Assembly (NCBI GenBank): GCA_964589775.1
Contig: CAZPUN010000061.1
Location: 1-28,322, forward strand
Origin: an uncultured archaeon
GTDB taxonomy: Archaea; Asgardarchaeota; Thorarchaeia; Thorarchaeales; CAZPUN01
DNA: 28,322 nucleotides
Direction: 5' to 3'
The stretch's first letter is position 1, and the number at the start of each line of letters is the position of its first letter. Made by a program: the position numbers and the translations under genes. The notes beneath the pieces were generated by a model. The model saw only the letters and a list, made by a program, of their open reading frames with translations. It searched no databases and had not been told where the DNA came from. This document shows positions 1-8,710 of the stretch, piece after piece.

Positions 1-71
1 ATCGAACGAAAACTTCCAATTTCAGACAAATAATAAAGCAATATTTATTTGCATAGACACGTAAATATCTA

Positions 72-830
72 ATGGAGGTGAAGGTGTTGGATCCAAAAAA
101 TAAAGTCGCAGTTATCACAGGTGGCGGTCGTGGAATCGGAAAAGCAACTGCATTGCGTTTAGCCGAAGAAGGTGCAGATGTCGCTATTTTATTCAGAGAA
201 CGAGAAAAGACTGCAAATGAAGTTGTGGAAAAAATAAAGCAGATGGGCCGAAAAGCAAAGGCATATCGCGTTGATGTTACTGAATGGGAAGAAGTCAAGA
301 AGGCATTCAAAGAGATTGAGAAAGACTTCGGAAGAATAGATATACTGGTCAATAATGCAGGTGTATTACTGCAATACAAACCATTAGAGGAAATCGAAAT
401 TGACGAATGGAATTTAGTTCTGCAGGTTAATCTTAGAGGTGTATTCTATTGTAGCAAGGCTGCTATTCCTATAATGAAAAAGACTCCGGGCGGTGTGATA
501 ATTAACATATCTTCATTTGCGTCTCGATTGGGTGGCACTTTAGGTACGCACTATGCAGCATCAAAAGCTGGAGTTAATGGTCTAACTGTTTCGTTATCAC
601 AAGAATTAGTTCCACATGGAATACGTGTAAATGCCGTGGCTCCAGGTCCCGTAGAAACTGAAGTCGTATTAAACCTGCCAAAAGAAAAAGTCAATGAAAT
701 TGTAAGTCGCGTAAGCTTGAAGCGTCTCGGAAAACCCGAAGAAGTAGCAGACGCTGTCGCATTTCTCGTCCGAAATGAATATGTTACCGGAGAAGTAATC
801 GATATCAATGGTGGATTTTGTATGGATTAA
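72..830 (+). CDS. Short-chain dehydrogenase/reductase, FabG-like (3-oxoacyl-ACP reductase family)
   Basis: TGGGRGIG Rossmann motif, NNAG, catalytic YAASK (YxxxK), RVNAVAPG. True start may be GTG84 or TTG87 behind GGAGGTGA. Confidence 0.92.
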   Translation: MEVKVLDPKNKVAVITGGGRGIGKATALRLAEEGADVAILFREREKTANEVVEKIKQMGRKAKAYRVDVTEWEEVKKAFKEIEKDFGRIDILVNNAGVLLQYKPLEEIEIDEWNLVLQVNLRGVFYCSKAAIPIMKKTPGGVIINISSFASRLGGTLGTHYAASKAGVNGLTVSLSQELVPHGIRVNAVAPGPVETEVVLNLPKEKVNEIVSRVSLKRLGKPEEVADAVAFLVRNEYVTGEVIDINGGFCMD

Positions 831-833
831 AAA

Positions 834-855
834 GATCCAGTCCCACGACTGGATC
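834..855. terminator. Perfect 9-bp hairpin between convergent genes, probable bidirectional terminator
   Basis: GATCCAGTC-ccac-GACTGGATC, preceded by an A run and followed by a T-rich tract, between stops at 830 (+) and 873 (-). Confidence 0.6.
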
Positions 856-872
856 CTCTCTTATTTTGTATT

Positions 873-1223
873 TTACCACAAGTCTGAGAAAAATACAACA
901 TATGCCACAATTTCTTCAAGATAGTCTCTAGGATCCCTATCTGTTCGTAAAATTGTTGAACCACTTGATGAATTTACTGAACTGCTACTAAGTCTAAATC
1001 TTGTGGATCCAGAACTGCTCATAATTGATGAGCGATCGTATCTTCCAATTGTGCTACGTGAGGAATTCATTACATAACCATTTTCTACATATCCGATAGT
1101 CGAGCCAGAAGATTTTGATACTCTGCCATCACGTATATATCCGATTGTGCTACGCGAAGCGCTCATTACTCTACCATCTTCAACATAGGCAATTGTAGAA
1201 CCACTACTATTCATAATTCTCAT
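873..1223 (-). CDS. Beta-flower-like repeat protein (six ~16-aa repeats plus C-terminal hydrophobic helix)
   Basis: Repeats RIMNSSGSTIAYVED / GRVMSASRSTIGYIRD / GRVSKSSGSTIGYVEN / GYVMNSSRSTIGRYDR / SSIMSSSGSTRFRLSS / SSVNSSSGSTILRTDR, then LEEIVAYVVFF. RBS GGAGG upstream. Confidence 0.7.
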   Translation of the reverse strand: MRIMNSSGSTIAYVEDGRVMSASRSTIGYIRDGRVSKSSGSTIGYVENGYVMNSSRSTIGRYDRSSIMSSSGSTRFRLSSSSVNSSSGSTILRTDRDPRDYLEEIVAYVVFFSDLW

Positions 1224-1331
1224 TTAGGTCCCTCCAATAAAAAATGTAACACTATGTCTTAAAAGTCTATGCACTAAAATATTGAATTAGAAAATTATAG
1301 GTATATATATAGCAATAATCAGTAATTATGA

Positions 1332-1347
1332 ATAAAAACTTTTAACC
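1332..1347 (+). promoter_or_regulatory. Archaeal BRE/TATA box for the GTPase-like gene (probably leaderless)
   Basis: ATAAAAA-C-TTTTAACC about 20-27 nt upstream of ATG1367; no RBS visible. Confidence 0.45.
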
Positions 1348-1366
1348 ATATACTATATAAATTAAC

Positions 1367-2041
1367 ATGAGAGTGATTGGTGTGGAGCATATCCCATTTA
1401 AAAGTGCATTTGCATTAGAAAAAGCTGTGGAAAATACCCGGGAGACTATAGCAATTATCGGTCCTAAAGCATCTGGAAAAACAGCTCTGTTGTCTGAAAT
1501 TTATAAAATGATCAAGCAACATAAAATCAACAATCGTGTTGAGGATGCAGTGCTATTTTTAGATGGGAAACTCGAGCAATCACGTAAGAAGGGATATGTT
1601 CCAACAGTTGAAAGCGATTTTCTGTATATGAAAACAGGTCCAAATAATGCGATTGGTTTGTATGCGTTAGGAACAACAAACACTGGCTTTACACAATATT
1701 TGTATGATTCTATCATGATGCAACCGACAATTCGAAAAGTGATTTTGGTTCATAACATTAATCGCCCTTTGGAAGAAGCAAAACAATTCTTTGTTGAACG
1801 TCTAAGAAAAATAAAGGATTACGTGCATGATAAACGATTTATTCTTGTCCTTATTCGTGATAAACGACAACAGATCACCGAAGAAACTATCAAACAGATT
1901 CATAAGATGTTCTCTGAAATTGTCTCAGATATTTGTAAACGAGACCGCGAGGTTAATCTAGTTTTAATTGAAAGCGAGAATGAGCATTTTGAAGACCGTA
2001 GTCTATCTGAGTTCTTCTCGAGATATGTAGTCGGAGAATAG
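1367..2041 (+). CDS. Divergent small GTPase-like P-loop protein (Ras/MglA superfamily)
   Basis: G1 IAIIGPKASGKT; switch-I-like YVPTVESDF; G3 region GLYALG (no Asp); strand VILVHN; degenerate G4 FILVLIRDKR. Confidence 0.65.
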   Translation: MRVIGVEHIPFKSAFALEKAVENTRETIAIIGPKASGKTALLSEIYKMIKQHKINNRVEDAVLFLDGKLEQSRKKGYVPTVESDFLYMKTGPNNAIGLYALGTTNTGFTQYLYDSIMMQPTIRKVILVHNINRPLEEAKQFFVERLRKIKDYVHDKRFILVLIRDKRQQITEETIKQIHKMFSEIVSDICKRDREVNLVLIESENEHFEDRSLSEFFSRYVVGE

Positions 2042-2201
2042 TCAAACGCATTTCGTTTTAGACCTTTTGTATGACCTATACATAAATACAACGGAAATTT
2101 TTAATTGCTCTTATTTTCAAAACCATTTAGCAAACTTTTGAAACACGTACAGTTTTATATAGTTGAAAAGAATTAAAATATAGATAATGGAGGCATGGCT
2201 A

Positions 2202-2825
2202 ATGGCATTAAGATTGTTTGATTTCAATATAGCGTCAAAGATTGCAATCCTCGGTGGTATTATTACATATGCAGGAATTTTTACTGCAATTGCTTTATCA
2301 CAATCATGGTTCACATGGACTAATAATGCATTAAGCGATCTGGGAGTTCATGATGCTGCAATTGTTTTTAATACAAGTTTATTTATTGGTGGGATAAGTA
2401 CCGGAATTTTCGGGATTTCATATATCTTGAAAAAGCGCGGGCAAATACTTCCACTGCTTGCAGGTATCGATATATTTCTTCAAGGAATTGCTTTATTCTG
2501 TATCGGGTTATTTGTTGAAGAGACCTATTGGGGTAGTATAAACTTGCATTATTCCTTTTCAGTAATGTTCTTTGTTTTAATACCGTTTTCGATGTGGTTC
2601 ACTGCAATTGATTGGATATTAAAACCGGAAACCCGCAAGCTTGTATTTATACCGTTAATATTAAGTGTTATAACGCCTGCCTTATGGCTTGGTATCAAGT
2701 GGAATGGAGTTGCAATTCCTGAATTCATTACATCTCTAACATTTATGATCTGGGTTCTATTTCTAATATTTTTGGAATATCGCGGCAATTCAGAAAGTGG
2801 CGTATATGATGTAGAAATAGCATAA
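2202..2825 (+). CDS. DUF998-family membrane protein (paralog 1)
   Basis: WFTWTNNALSDLG...IVFN, LFCIGLFVE, LHY, GVAIPE motifs; about 6 TM helices. GGAGG at 2189 favours ATG2202 over 2187. Confidence 0.8.
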   Translation: MALRLFDFNIASKIAILGGIITYAGIFTAIALSQSWFTWTNNALSDLGVHDAAIVFNTSLFIGGISTGIFGISYILKKRGQILPLLAGIDIFLQGIALFCIGLFVEETYWGSINLHYSFSVMFFVLIPFSMWFTAIDWILKPETRKLVFIPLILSVITPALWLGIKWNGVAIPEFITSLTFMIWVLFLIFLEYRGNSESGVYDVEIA

Positions 2826-2830
2826 GAATC

Positions 2831-2856
2831 TTTTTCCTTTTTTATTTATTTCTTTT
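2831..2856 (+). terminator. Oligo-T archaeal terminator
   Basis: TTTTTCCTTTTTTATTTATTTCTTTT just after stop at 2825. Confidence 0.5.
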
Positions 2857-2938
2857 AATTGCGAATGCTAAACTCCGCAAATTTAAATAATCCTTTGTTG
2901 TTCTCTTTAATCAAAAGTAATAATTTGGGGCGTAAGAG

Positions 2939-4309
2939 TTGGAACTTATAGATATTGCAAAAAAGGCATTAGATTATGCAGCAAAATATGATGCAACTCA
3001 AGCGGAAGCATATGTGGCTGAAAGTCAGGTCAAGAGTGTATATATCGATAATAATATTCCAAAAGTTGTAGATTCAAAAATAGAGATTGGATTGGGTGTA
3101 AAATTTATACTTGGAAAAAAGATTGGATTTGCTAGCGGAACCATTAGCCCGACAAATCTCAATATTGATGATATTGTGCAGAATGCAATGAAAATTGCTA
3201 AAATATCTGAAGAGAATAAAAATTTTGAAAGTCTGCCTGAACCTAAAAAATCATCGGGGTCTGTTGAATCTTATGATATTGAGACCGCAGAATCTTCTTC
3301 TGATAATTTAATTGAACTTACCACAAAAATAATGAATGCTGCTAAAGATCCACGGGTTCAGATACCGTTGGGTGTTATTCGAGCAGGAAGTATCCAATCT
3401 GTGGTTCAAAATTCATTAGGTGTTAATACTGAACAAAAAGGAACAGCTGTTTTTCTCTATTTTACTGCAACGGCAAAAGAAAATGATAAAAAAGGCGAAG
3501 GTGTTCGTCGTCGTTTTGCAGGACGTTTGAAGGATATTGATTTTGAGAAAATTGGTGAGGATTTAAAAAACCGCGCATTAAGCACTTTAGAAGCAAAAGC
3601 ATTTACTGAAAAGCTTGAAAATGTTGTTGGTCTGGTTGATACTGAAGAGATGAGTCAATTTATGGCACAGATACTCTCCACATCTGCATCTGCTGAAATG
3701 GTCAATATTAAGGCTTCACCATGGATCGGTAAGTTGAACTCAAAAGTTTTGAGTGAATATATTACGATTTACGATGATGGTAGATTTCCATGGGGCATCC
3801 GGACTTCTCTTTATGATGATGAAGGTGTTCCAACGCAGAAAACCCCCATAATTGAAAAAGGAGTTCTAAAATCATATTATAGTGATACATACAATGCACA
3901 CATTCTTGGTACGGAAAGCACTGGTAATGGATTTAGGCGTGATGTTCGAGATATTCAAGGCTCCTTTGGACGAACGGTTAAGCCATTATTTTCAACAATG
4001 GTAATGGAACCCGGAAATCTTAGCCTATACGATGCAATAGGCCAAATTGAAAAGGGCGTGTATGTTCGACATTTTGCAGCTCCAGAAGTAAATCCGCTTA
4101 GCGGTGCATTCGCATGTGAAATTCGAGACGGGCTATATATAGAAGATGGTGAAATCGTAGGCTCGATTAAGCATGCTCTGCTAATTGGAAATCTATATGA
4201 AGTGCTAAATAATGATGAAATAATTATTACAAATCACGTCGAATACGGTAATAGTGTATGCATCCCGACACTTGGTCTAAAAGGCGTTAGTGTTGTTGGG
4301 CAAAAGTAG
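2939..4309 (+). CDS. pmbA: TldD/PmbA family protein, PmbA(TldE)-type non-catalytic subunit
   Basis: N-terminal ATQAEAYV, YDDEGVPTQKTPIIEKGVLKSY, STGNG, NPLSGAF. No HExxH zinc motif. TTG start. Confidence 0.85.
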   Translation: MELIDIAKKALDYAAKYDATQAEAYVAESQVKSVYIDNNIPKVVDSKIEIGLGVKFILGKKIGFASGTISPTNLNIDDIVQNAMKIAKISEENKNFESLPEPKKSSGSVESYDIETAESSSDNLIELTTKIMNAAKDPRVQIPLGVIRAGSIQSVVQNSLGVNTEQKGTAVFLYFTATAKENDKKGEGVRRRFAGRLKDIDFEKIGEDLKNRALSTLEAKAFTEKLENVVGLVDTEEMSQFMAQILSTSASAEMVNIKASPWIGKLNSKVLSEYITIYDDGRFPWGIRTSLYDDEGVPTQKTPIIEKGVLKSYYSDTYNAHILGTESTGNGFRRDVRDIQGSFGRTVKPLFSTMVMEPGNLSLYDAIGQIEKGVYVRHFAAPEVNPLSGAFACEIRDGLYIEDGEIVGSIKHALLIGNLYEVLNNDEIIITNHVEYGNSVCIPTLGLKGVSVVGQK

Positions 4310-4353
4310 AAAAATGAAGTGCATGCCCTCATTTTTGTATTTGAGGGCTTATT

Positions 4354-5433
4354 TTATTTTCTTAATAATTGTTTAAATCCAAAGTTTGCAAGGGCAATCT
4401 TTTTGGCAGGACCCATACGACTGAGATTTCCATCCCAGTTTTCCATCATATCCCCATAGATTAGCTCAAATCTTGATATTGTATCATCTAATTTTTCATA
4501 GAGTGTTTCTAGGGCTTTCTGAGTAACAAGAACACCAACCAAATGTGGCGAATGTGCAAACAGTAATTTTATGTTTCCTTGATCTACAACTCTGATCTCT
4601 TCGTCTGTATGCACTATCTCTTTTAGAATTTCGCGTATTCCTGTAAATCCCCCTGTTGCAAGAATGGTTTCATCGCTCATTTCTTCTTGAGGCTTTTCAA
4701 AATCGATTTTTAGCAACGGGCGTCCATCTCGAGTCATAACATAGAGCTCTTTTGCCATCTTTTCCCAATTAAGTTCATCGAACGATGGGATATTCATAAG
4801 TGCTTGTCCCATCCCAATTATTCCGCCCGCCAATAAAATAGTTCCAAATGTATACGATGGAAGACCTAAATAATCAATAGCATAATCTGTCATAAAGGCG
4901 TATCCGATTAAAATCATAATAAATGAAGATATAAATAGTAAAATGTTTTTTCGGACTTTTCCATAGGCGTATCGCATCATGAATTTAATATACAGATATA
5001 ATTCCACAATTAAGAATGGAGTAAAGAGACCAATAGCAAGTTTTCTGAGGAGCTCATGTGGAAGTATGATTGATAGAATCGTTCCGATCATAAAGATAAT
5101 TGAAAAAATATGCCGGCTCTTCTTATAGGACGCTTCAAATATATATGAAAAGACAAACAGTCCTGCTAATAACGCTACATACCCGAGTTTCAACCAAAAT
5201 TCCCTATCTATAGGTGTAGCGTAAAAGTCCCCTATCATGAAGAAGAATAGATGTAATACTGCAAGCGCAATAAAACCTGCCCAGCCAATTCTAATATCTC
5301 TAATGGTTGCTATCTTTGAATTCTTCCAATCACTTATGAAATGAATAATAAATTGAATCCCGAATAGAAATGCAGCTACATAAATTGACAATGCGATATC
5401 ACGATATATACTCGGTTCTGAAAAAACTTGCAT
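4354..5433 (-). CDS. Seven-TM membrane protein with C-terminal longin-like domain
   Basis: Seven hydrophobic segments in aa ~14-213, then ELYVMTRDGRPLL...GGFTGIREILKEI...VVDQGNIKLLF...LVGVLV...FELIYG..ENWDG, the longin-like alpha/beta pattern common in Asgard proteomes. Confidence 0.7.
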   Translation of the reverse strand: MQVFSEPSIYRDIALSIYVAAFLFGIQFIIHFISDWKNSKIATIRDIRIGWAGFIALAVLHLFFFMIGDFYATPIDREFWLKLGYVALLAGLFVFSYIFEASYKKSRHIFSIIFMIGTILSIILPHELLRKLAIGLFTPFLIVELYLYIKFMMRYAYGKVRKNILLFISSFIMILIGYAFMTDYAIDYLGLPSYTFGTILLAGGIIGMGQALMNIPSFDELNWEKMAKELYVMTRDGRPLLKIDFEKPQEEMSDETILATGGFTGIREILKEIVHTDEEIRVVDQGNIKLLFAHSPHLVGVLVTQKALETLYEKLDDTISRFELIYGDMMENWDGNLSRMGPAKKIALANFGFKQLLRK

Positions 5434-5608
5434 GGCTCATACCTTGCTTCTATTCTATTTTTATAATTAATATCTAAATGTTGAAATAAATATTTTGCTT
5501 AGATGTTGTCGCATATTTTTGATTATTTTTTAGTTAAAATATATAAGTAAAATTGTACAATATAATACAATCAGTGTCTACATTAAATAAAAAGGAGTGC
5601 AATATTTA

Positions 5609-7408
5609 ATGTATTTAAATAAAAAATCTCTGATATTGCTTATTTTAGCGTTGTTGTTTGGTTTTCTCATAACATTTGCTGGAACAGCTAACATAATCCC
5701 TGCTGGAATCGTAATCTATCTCGATTCAATGATTGCTTTTATGATCTTATTAAGCTTCATCACTTGGTTTGGTGGAAGTCTCTCCCTTGGTCTCATAACT
5801 CTCGTATTTTTATCGTTTACATCGACAATTGCTTTGGTATCCGGAATTGACATCTCACAAATTTTACCTCTTTATATAACTGCATTATTTCCATTATCAA
5901 TTGTCGTAGTAATGTTTCAACTTACTGGAGAAGAAGATCGAAAGGAGCTATTATCCTTCATTTTCAGTGCGATTGGCGTATCTGTAATTATTATTCCAAT
6001 AATCTTTTCTGAAGGCCTTATCCTTTATGAATCTGCTCCGTATCAATTGAAAATTGGTAACCTTGTTCTTCTAGAACTAGCTGAGCCACTCCAACTATAT
6101 TATCTCATGGTTATCTTCATGGTAATTGGATTAATTATATTGTTTTTCAGTATGCGATGGAAATGGACGTTCAAAAATATATGGCGTTTCCTCTGTATGT
6201 CTGTTTTCTTTATTTCTGGCTGGGCAGCTTTAGTAGTCATTTCATATCTATTTCAAGGTAAGACACTGGCTCCTTGGACTGACATTCTCTTCTCAAATCC
6301 CATACCGATTATACTATTAACTGGAATGCTGTTCATTGGGCAATTATATCAGCCATATAAAGTCATGACCAGTAAGCGTAAAATCATGCAAAGTATCCTC
6401 ACATATCTACGAGAAGACCCAATTCGCCTTCTCTGGGCTATTGCCACAACATTCTTGGGTGCAGTTGGATTAACATTGTTTATTGTTCTGATAAATCGAT
6501 TAACTCCTCCTGACATTCTACAGATCGTTCAGGGAAAATTCGGACCTGCAATCGAATTAATCATGAATGCATTACAGGGCGGATTACCAAGCGAATCTGA
6601 AGTCTCCTACCTTAAATGGGGCGTGCCCTTTATGTACTTCCTTGGTCCTACAGTGGTCTTCACAATCCCTGTAATGTTTATCAGAAAAGCCGAAACTCTT
6701 AATTTCCTTCAGCAGTTGTTCCTATTGATTATCAGTCTTCCAATCTTCGCAATTTTCATAGTAATGTTGAGGTTAAGCTATCCAAATGCTGCAGATTGGT
6801 TCAGTATTATCGGTACTGTATCTTGGAACATGATCGCAATAACCGGGGCACTCACAGATCTCAATATGACCATTAGGTTTGGCAAAGATAAAGAAATGAT
6901 CAAGGCACGAGCTCGTGTAACTTTGATGCGTATGATGAATTCCGCATGGCTCCTCTTCATTCCAATTGCTATCTGGATGCTTTCGAGTGTTAATTTTGAT
7001 ACGCTGGTCGCAAACATGGTTGCAGGAAATTCATTATATCCACTTACTACAATGGGTCTAAACACAGTTGAAGCAATCGTCAGCATTATATTGTTGCTCA
7101 TATTGATCCTATTGCATATAATGGGAAATTCTCTAATGCCAAAGGGGTATAAGCGGAAGGGCTTCAAATTATGTATCTTCAGACAATGTACATATCGTGC
7201 AGCAGCAGATGATAAATGGGATAACAATTTCCTCGCCTATGACCCAATTAAATCCCTCGTCTACATCCTTACAATGTTCGTCTCAATCTGGTTCTTTGTA
7301 TCAACATCTACTGCATTCGGTCGCTTCTTCTTTGGAAGTATCGTTAGTTATATACTCGTTGTATTACTAAGCTGCCATATACTCTTTAGATATCCTGATA
7401 TTGATTAG
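5609..7408 (+). CDS. Large polytopic membrane protein of unknown function (~14-16 TM)
   Basis: Long hydrophobic ORF; AAGGAG at 5592 favours ATG5609. No family motif recognised. Confidence 0.8.
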   Translation: MYLNKKSLILLILALLFGFLITFAGTANIIPAGIVIYLDSMIAFMILLSFITWFGGSLSLGLITLVFLSFTSTIALVSGIDISQILPLYITALFPLSIVVVMFQLTGEEDRKELLSFIFSAIGVSVIIIPIIFSEGLILYESAPYQLKIGNLVLLELAEPLQLYYLMVIFMVIGLIILFFSMRWKWTFKNIWRFLCMSVFFISGWAALVVISYLFQGKTLAPWTDILFSNPIPIILLTGMLFIGQLYQPYKVMTSKRKIMQSILTYLREDPIRLLWAIATTFLGAVGLTLFIVLINRLTPPDILQIVQGKFGPAIELIMNALQGGLPSESEVSYLKWGVPFMYFLGPTVVFTIPVMFIRKAETLNFLQQLFLLIISLPIFAIFIVMLRLSYPNAADWFSIIGTVSWNMIAITGALTDLNMTIRFGKDKEMIKARARVTLMRMMNSAWLLFIPIAIWMLSSVNFDTLVANMVAGNSLYPLTTMGLNTVEAIVSIILLLILILLHIMGNSLMPKGYKRKGFKLCIFRQCTYRAAADDKWDNNFLAYDPIKSLVYILTMFVSIWFFVSTSTAFGRFFFGSIVSYILVVLLSCHILFRYPDID

Positions 7409-7414
7409 TCAATC

Positions 7415-7431
7415 TTTTCTTTCTCTTTTTT
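7415..7431 (+). terminator. Oligo-T terminator
   Basis: Pyrimidine/T tract directly after stop at 7408. Confidence 0.45.
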
Positions 7432-7557
7432 GTTGTGCCATTTCGTATTTATTATGCATGTACTGTATGGTTCGAATGAATTTTGTTATTTTGAAAATAT
7501 AAAAATTTATATAATTCGTAATCCCTATTCTGTTCTGTATTAACTGAGGTGCAGATT

Positions 7558-8481
7558 ATGTATCCCGCAACTTGGCTTGCTATAGAAATAATTTCCGTGA
7601 TACTATTTTTATTGGCGATTGGAGACGCTATTTTACGTTTTAACGAGCAAGAACGATTAACACGCGTTTTTGAAATTATTGGATTTGTAATATATGGTAT
7701 AATTTTTGAAAACATCGGTGTTGCCGTAGGCATTTATCACTATTCCAGCGAACGCTTCTTTATGGCAGGTACAGTTCCCCTCGAAATTCCGTTTCTCGAA
7801 GCTGTGATATTCTATGTCGGCATGCTTTTTGTAGAGCGAACAAAGCTTCCTGATAAAATATATCCATTTTTCGTTGGATTATTCGGTATGATTATGGATG
7901 CTGGTATTGATCCAGTAGCCGTCTCGGACCAATATCTCATAAATGGTACATTAGAAGGTAGATGGGTATGGCAAAACTTCTATCCTGAAATGTTTTATGG
8001 AATTCCATATTTCAATTTCACCGGTTGGTTTGCATTGATGTTTTATTACTCATTGATTGTCGTTCTAGGACGTAGATATCTCCGTTCTCATGATTATAAA
8101 CTCAAATATGGCATATTTTACATAATAATTGCAATTTTCTTAAGCGATATTTTGATCGCATCTCCAGTTACAAATCTCATGCTATTTGGTAGCCCATTTC
8201 CAATCTACGGTCGTATGCTTGTCGAATTGATAACGTTAAGTATTGTCACAGCAATAGCGCTTATTTTAATCGCTTATTATTGGCCAAGAGTTTACGTACC
8301 GTTCGATAAAAGTACATATATCATTTGGATCATTTCATTCACAATCCATATCTACAATATCACTACGGCAGCTGCCATCGGAAGTCCTGCTATCGTTCCT
8401 GCAATCGTCTTCGCAATGCTTACATTAGTCCTATTCCTGTTCTTCTCTGAGTTTAATCCATTGATCAAGCAAAAGGAGTAA
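7558..8481 (+). CDS. CruF-like carotenoid biosynthesis (Caroten_synth/DUF422) family membrane protein
   Basis: FENIGVAVGIYHY, VPLEIP, MDAGIDPVAV, W.W, FYGIPYFNFTGWF motifs. GAGGTG RBS before ATG7558. Confidence 0.72.
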   Translation: MYPATWLAIEIISVILFLLAIGDAILRFNEQERLTRVFEIIGFVIYGIIFENIGVAVGIYHYSSERFFMAGTVPLEIPFLEAVIFYVGMLFVERTKLPDKIYPFFVGLFGMIMDAGIDPVAVSDQYLINGTLEGRWVWQNFYPEMFYGIPYFNFTGWFALMFYYSLIVVLGRRYLRSHDYKLKYGIFYIIIAIFLSDILIASPVTNLMLFGSPFPIYGRMLVELITLSIVTAIALILIAYYWPRVYVPFDKSTYIIWIISFTIHIYNITTAAAIGSPAIVPAIVFAMLTLVLFLFFSEFNPLIKQKE

Positions 8482-8584
8482 ATCTCCTTTCTTTTATTTT
8501 AGTGTTTTAGCTCACTAATTTATTATATCCTCCACTCTGCTCCATTTTAAGCCCTTTCATATAGTTTGAGAAACGAAAATATCA

Positions 8585-8602
8585 AACAAAAACTCTTATA
8601 AC
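8585..8602 (+). promoter_or_regulatory. Candidate BRE/TATA of the pur operon
   Basis: AACAAAAACT-CTTATAAC about 110 nt upstream of purC; purC has an AGAGG RBS, implying a leadered transcript. Confidence 0.35.
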
Positions 8603-8710
8603 TGAAGTTTTTTTCACTTTTCTTGTGGTAAATCTCAATTGGATTGACAAATGATCCAATAAAAGATAATTAGTAATATAAAACACTAAAAATTAAAAGA
8701 GGCAATTCAG

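Noticed and set aside
4354-5433. Rhodopsin or true GPCR
   Set aside because: No retinal-binding Lys in TM7 (TFGTILLAGGIIGMG) and no GPCR motifs; seven helices alone are insufficient.
6778-7227. 149-aa antisense ORF, and similar shadow ORFs inside the pur, hom, ECF-like and Sec23-like genes
   Set aside because: Antisense or alternate-frame to well-supported genes; no motifs or start signals.
8482-8710. Purine or ZMP/ZTP riboswitch in the pur leader
   Set aside because: Very AT-rich with only one short stem; no recognisable aptamer consensus.
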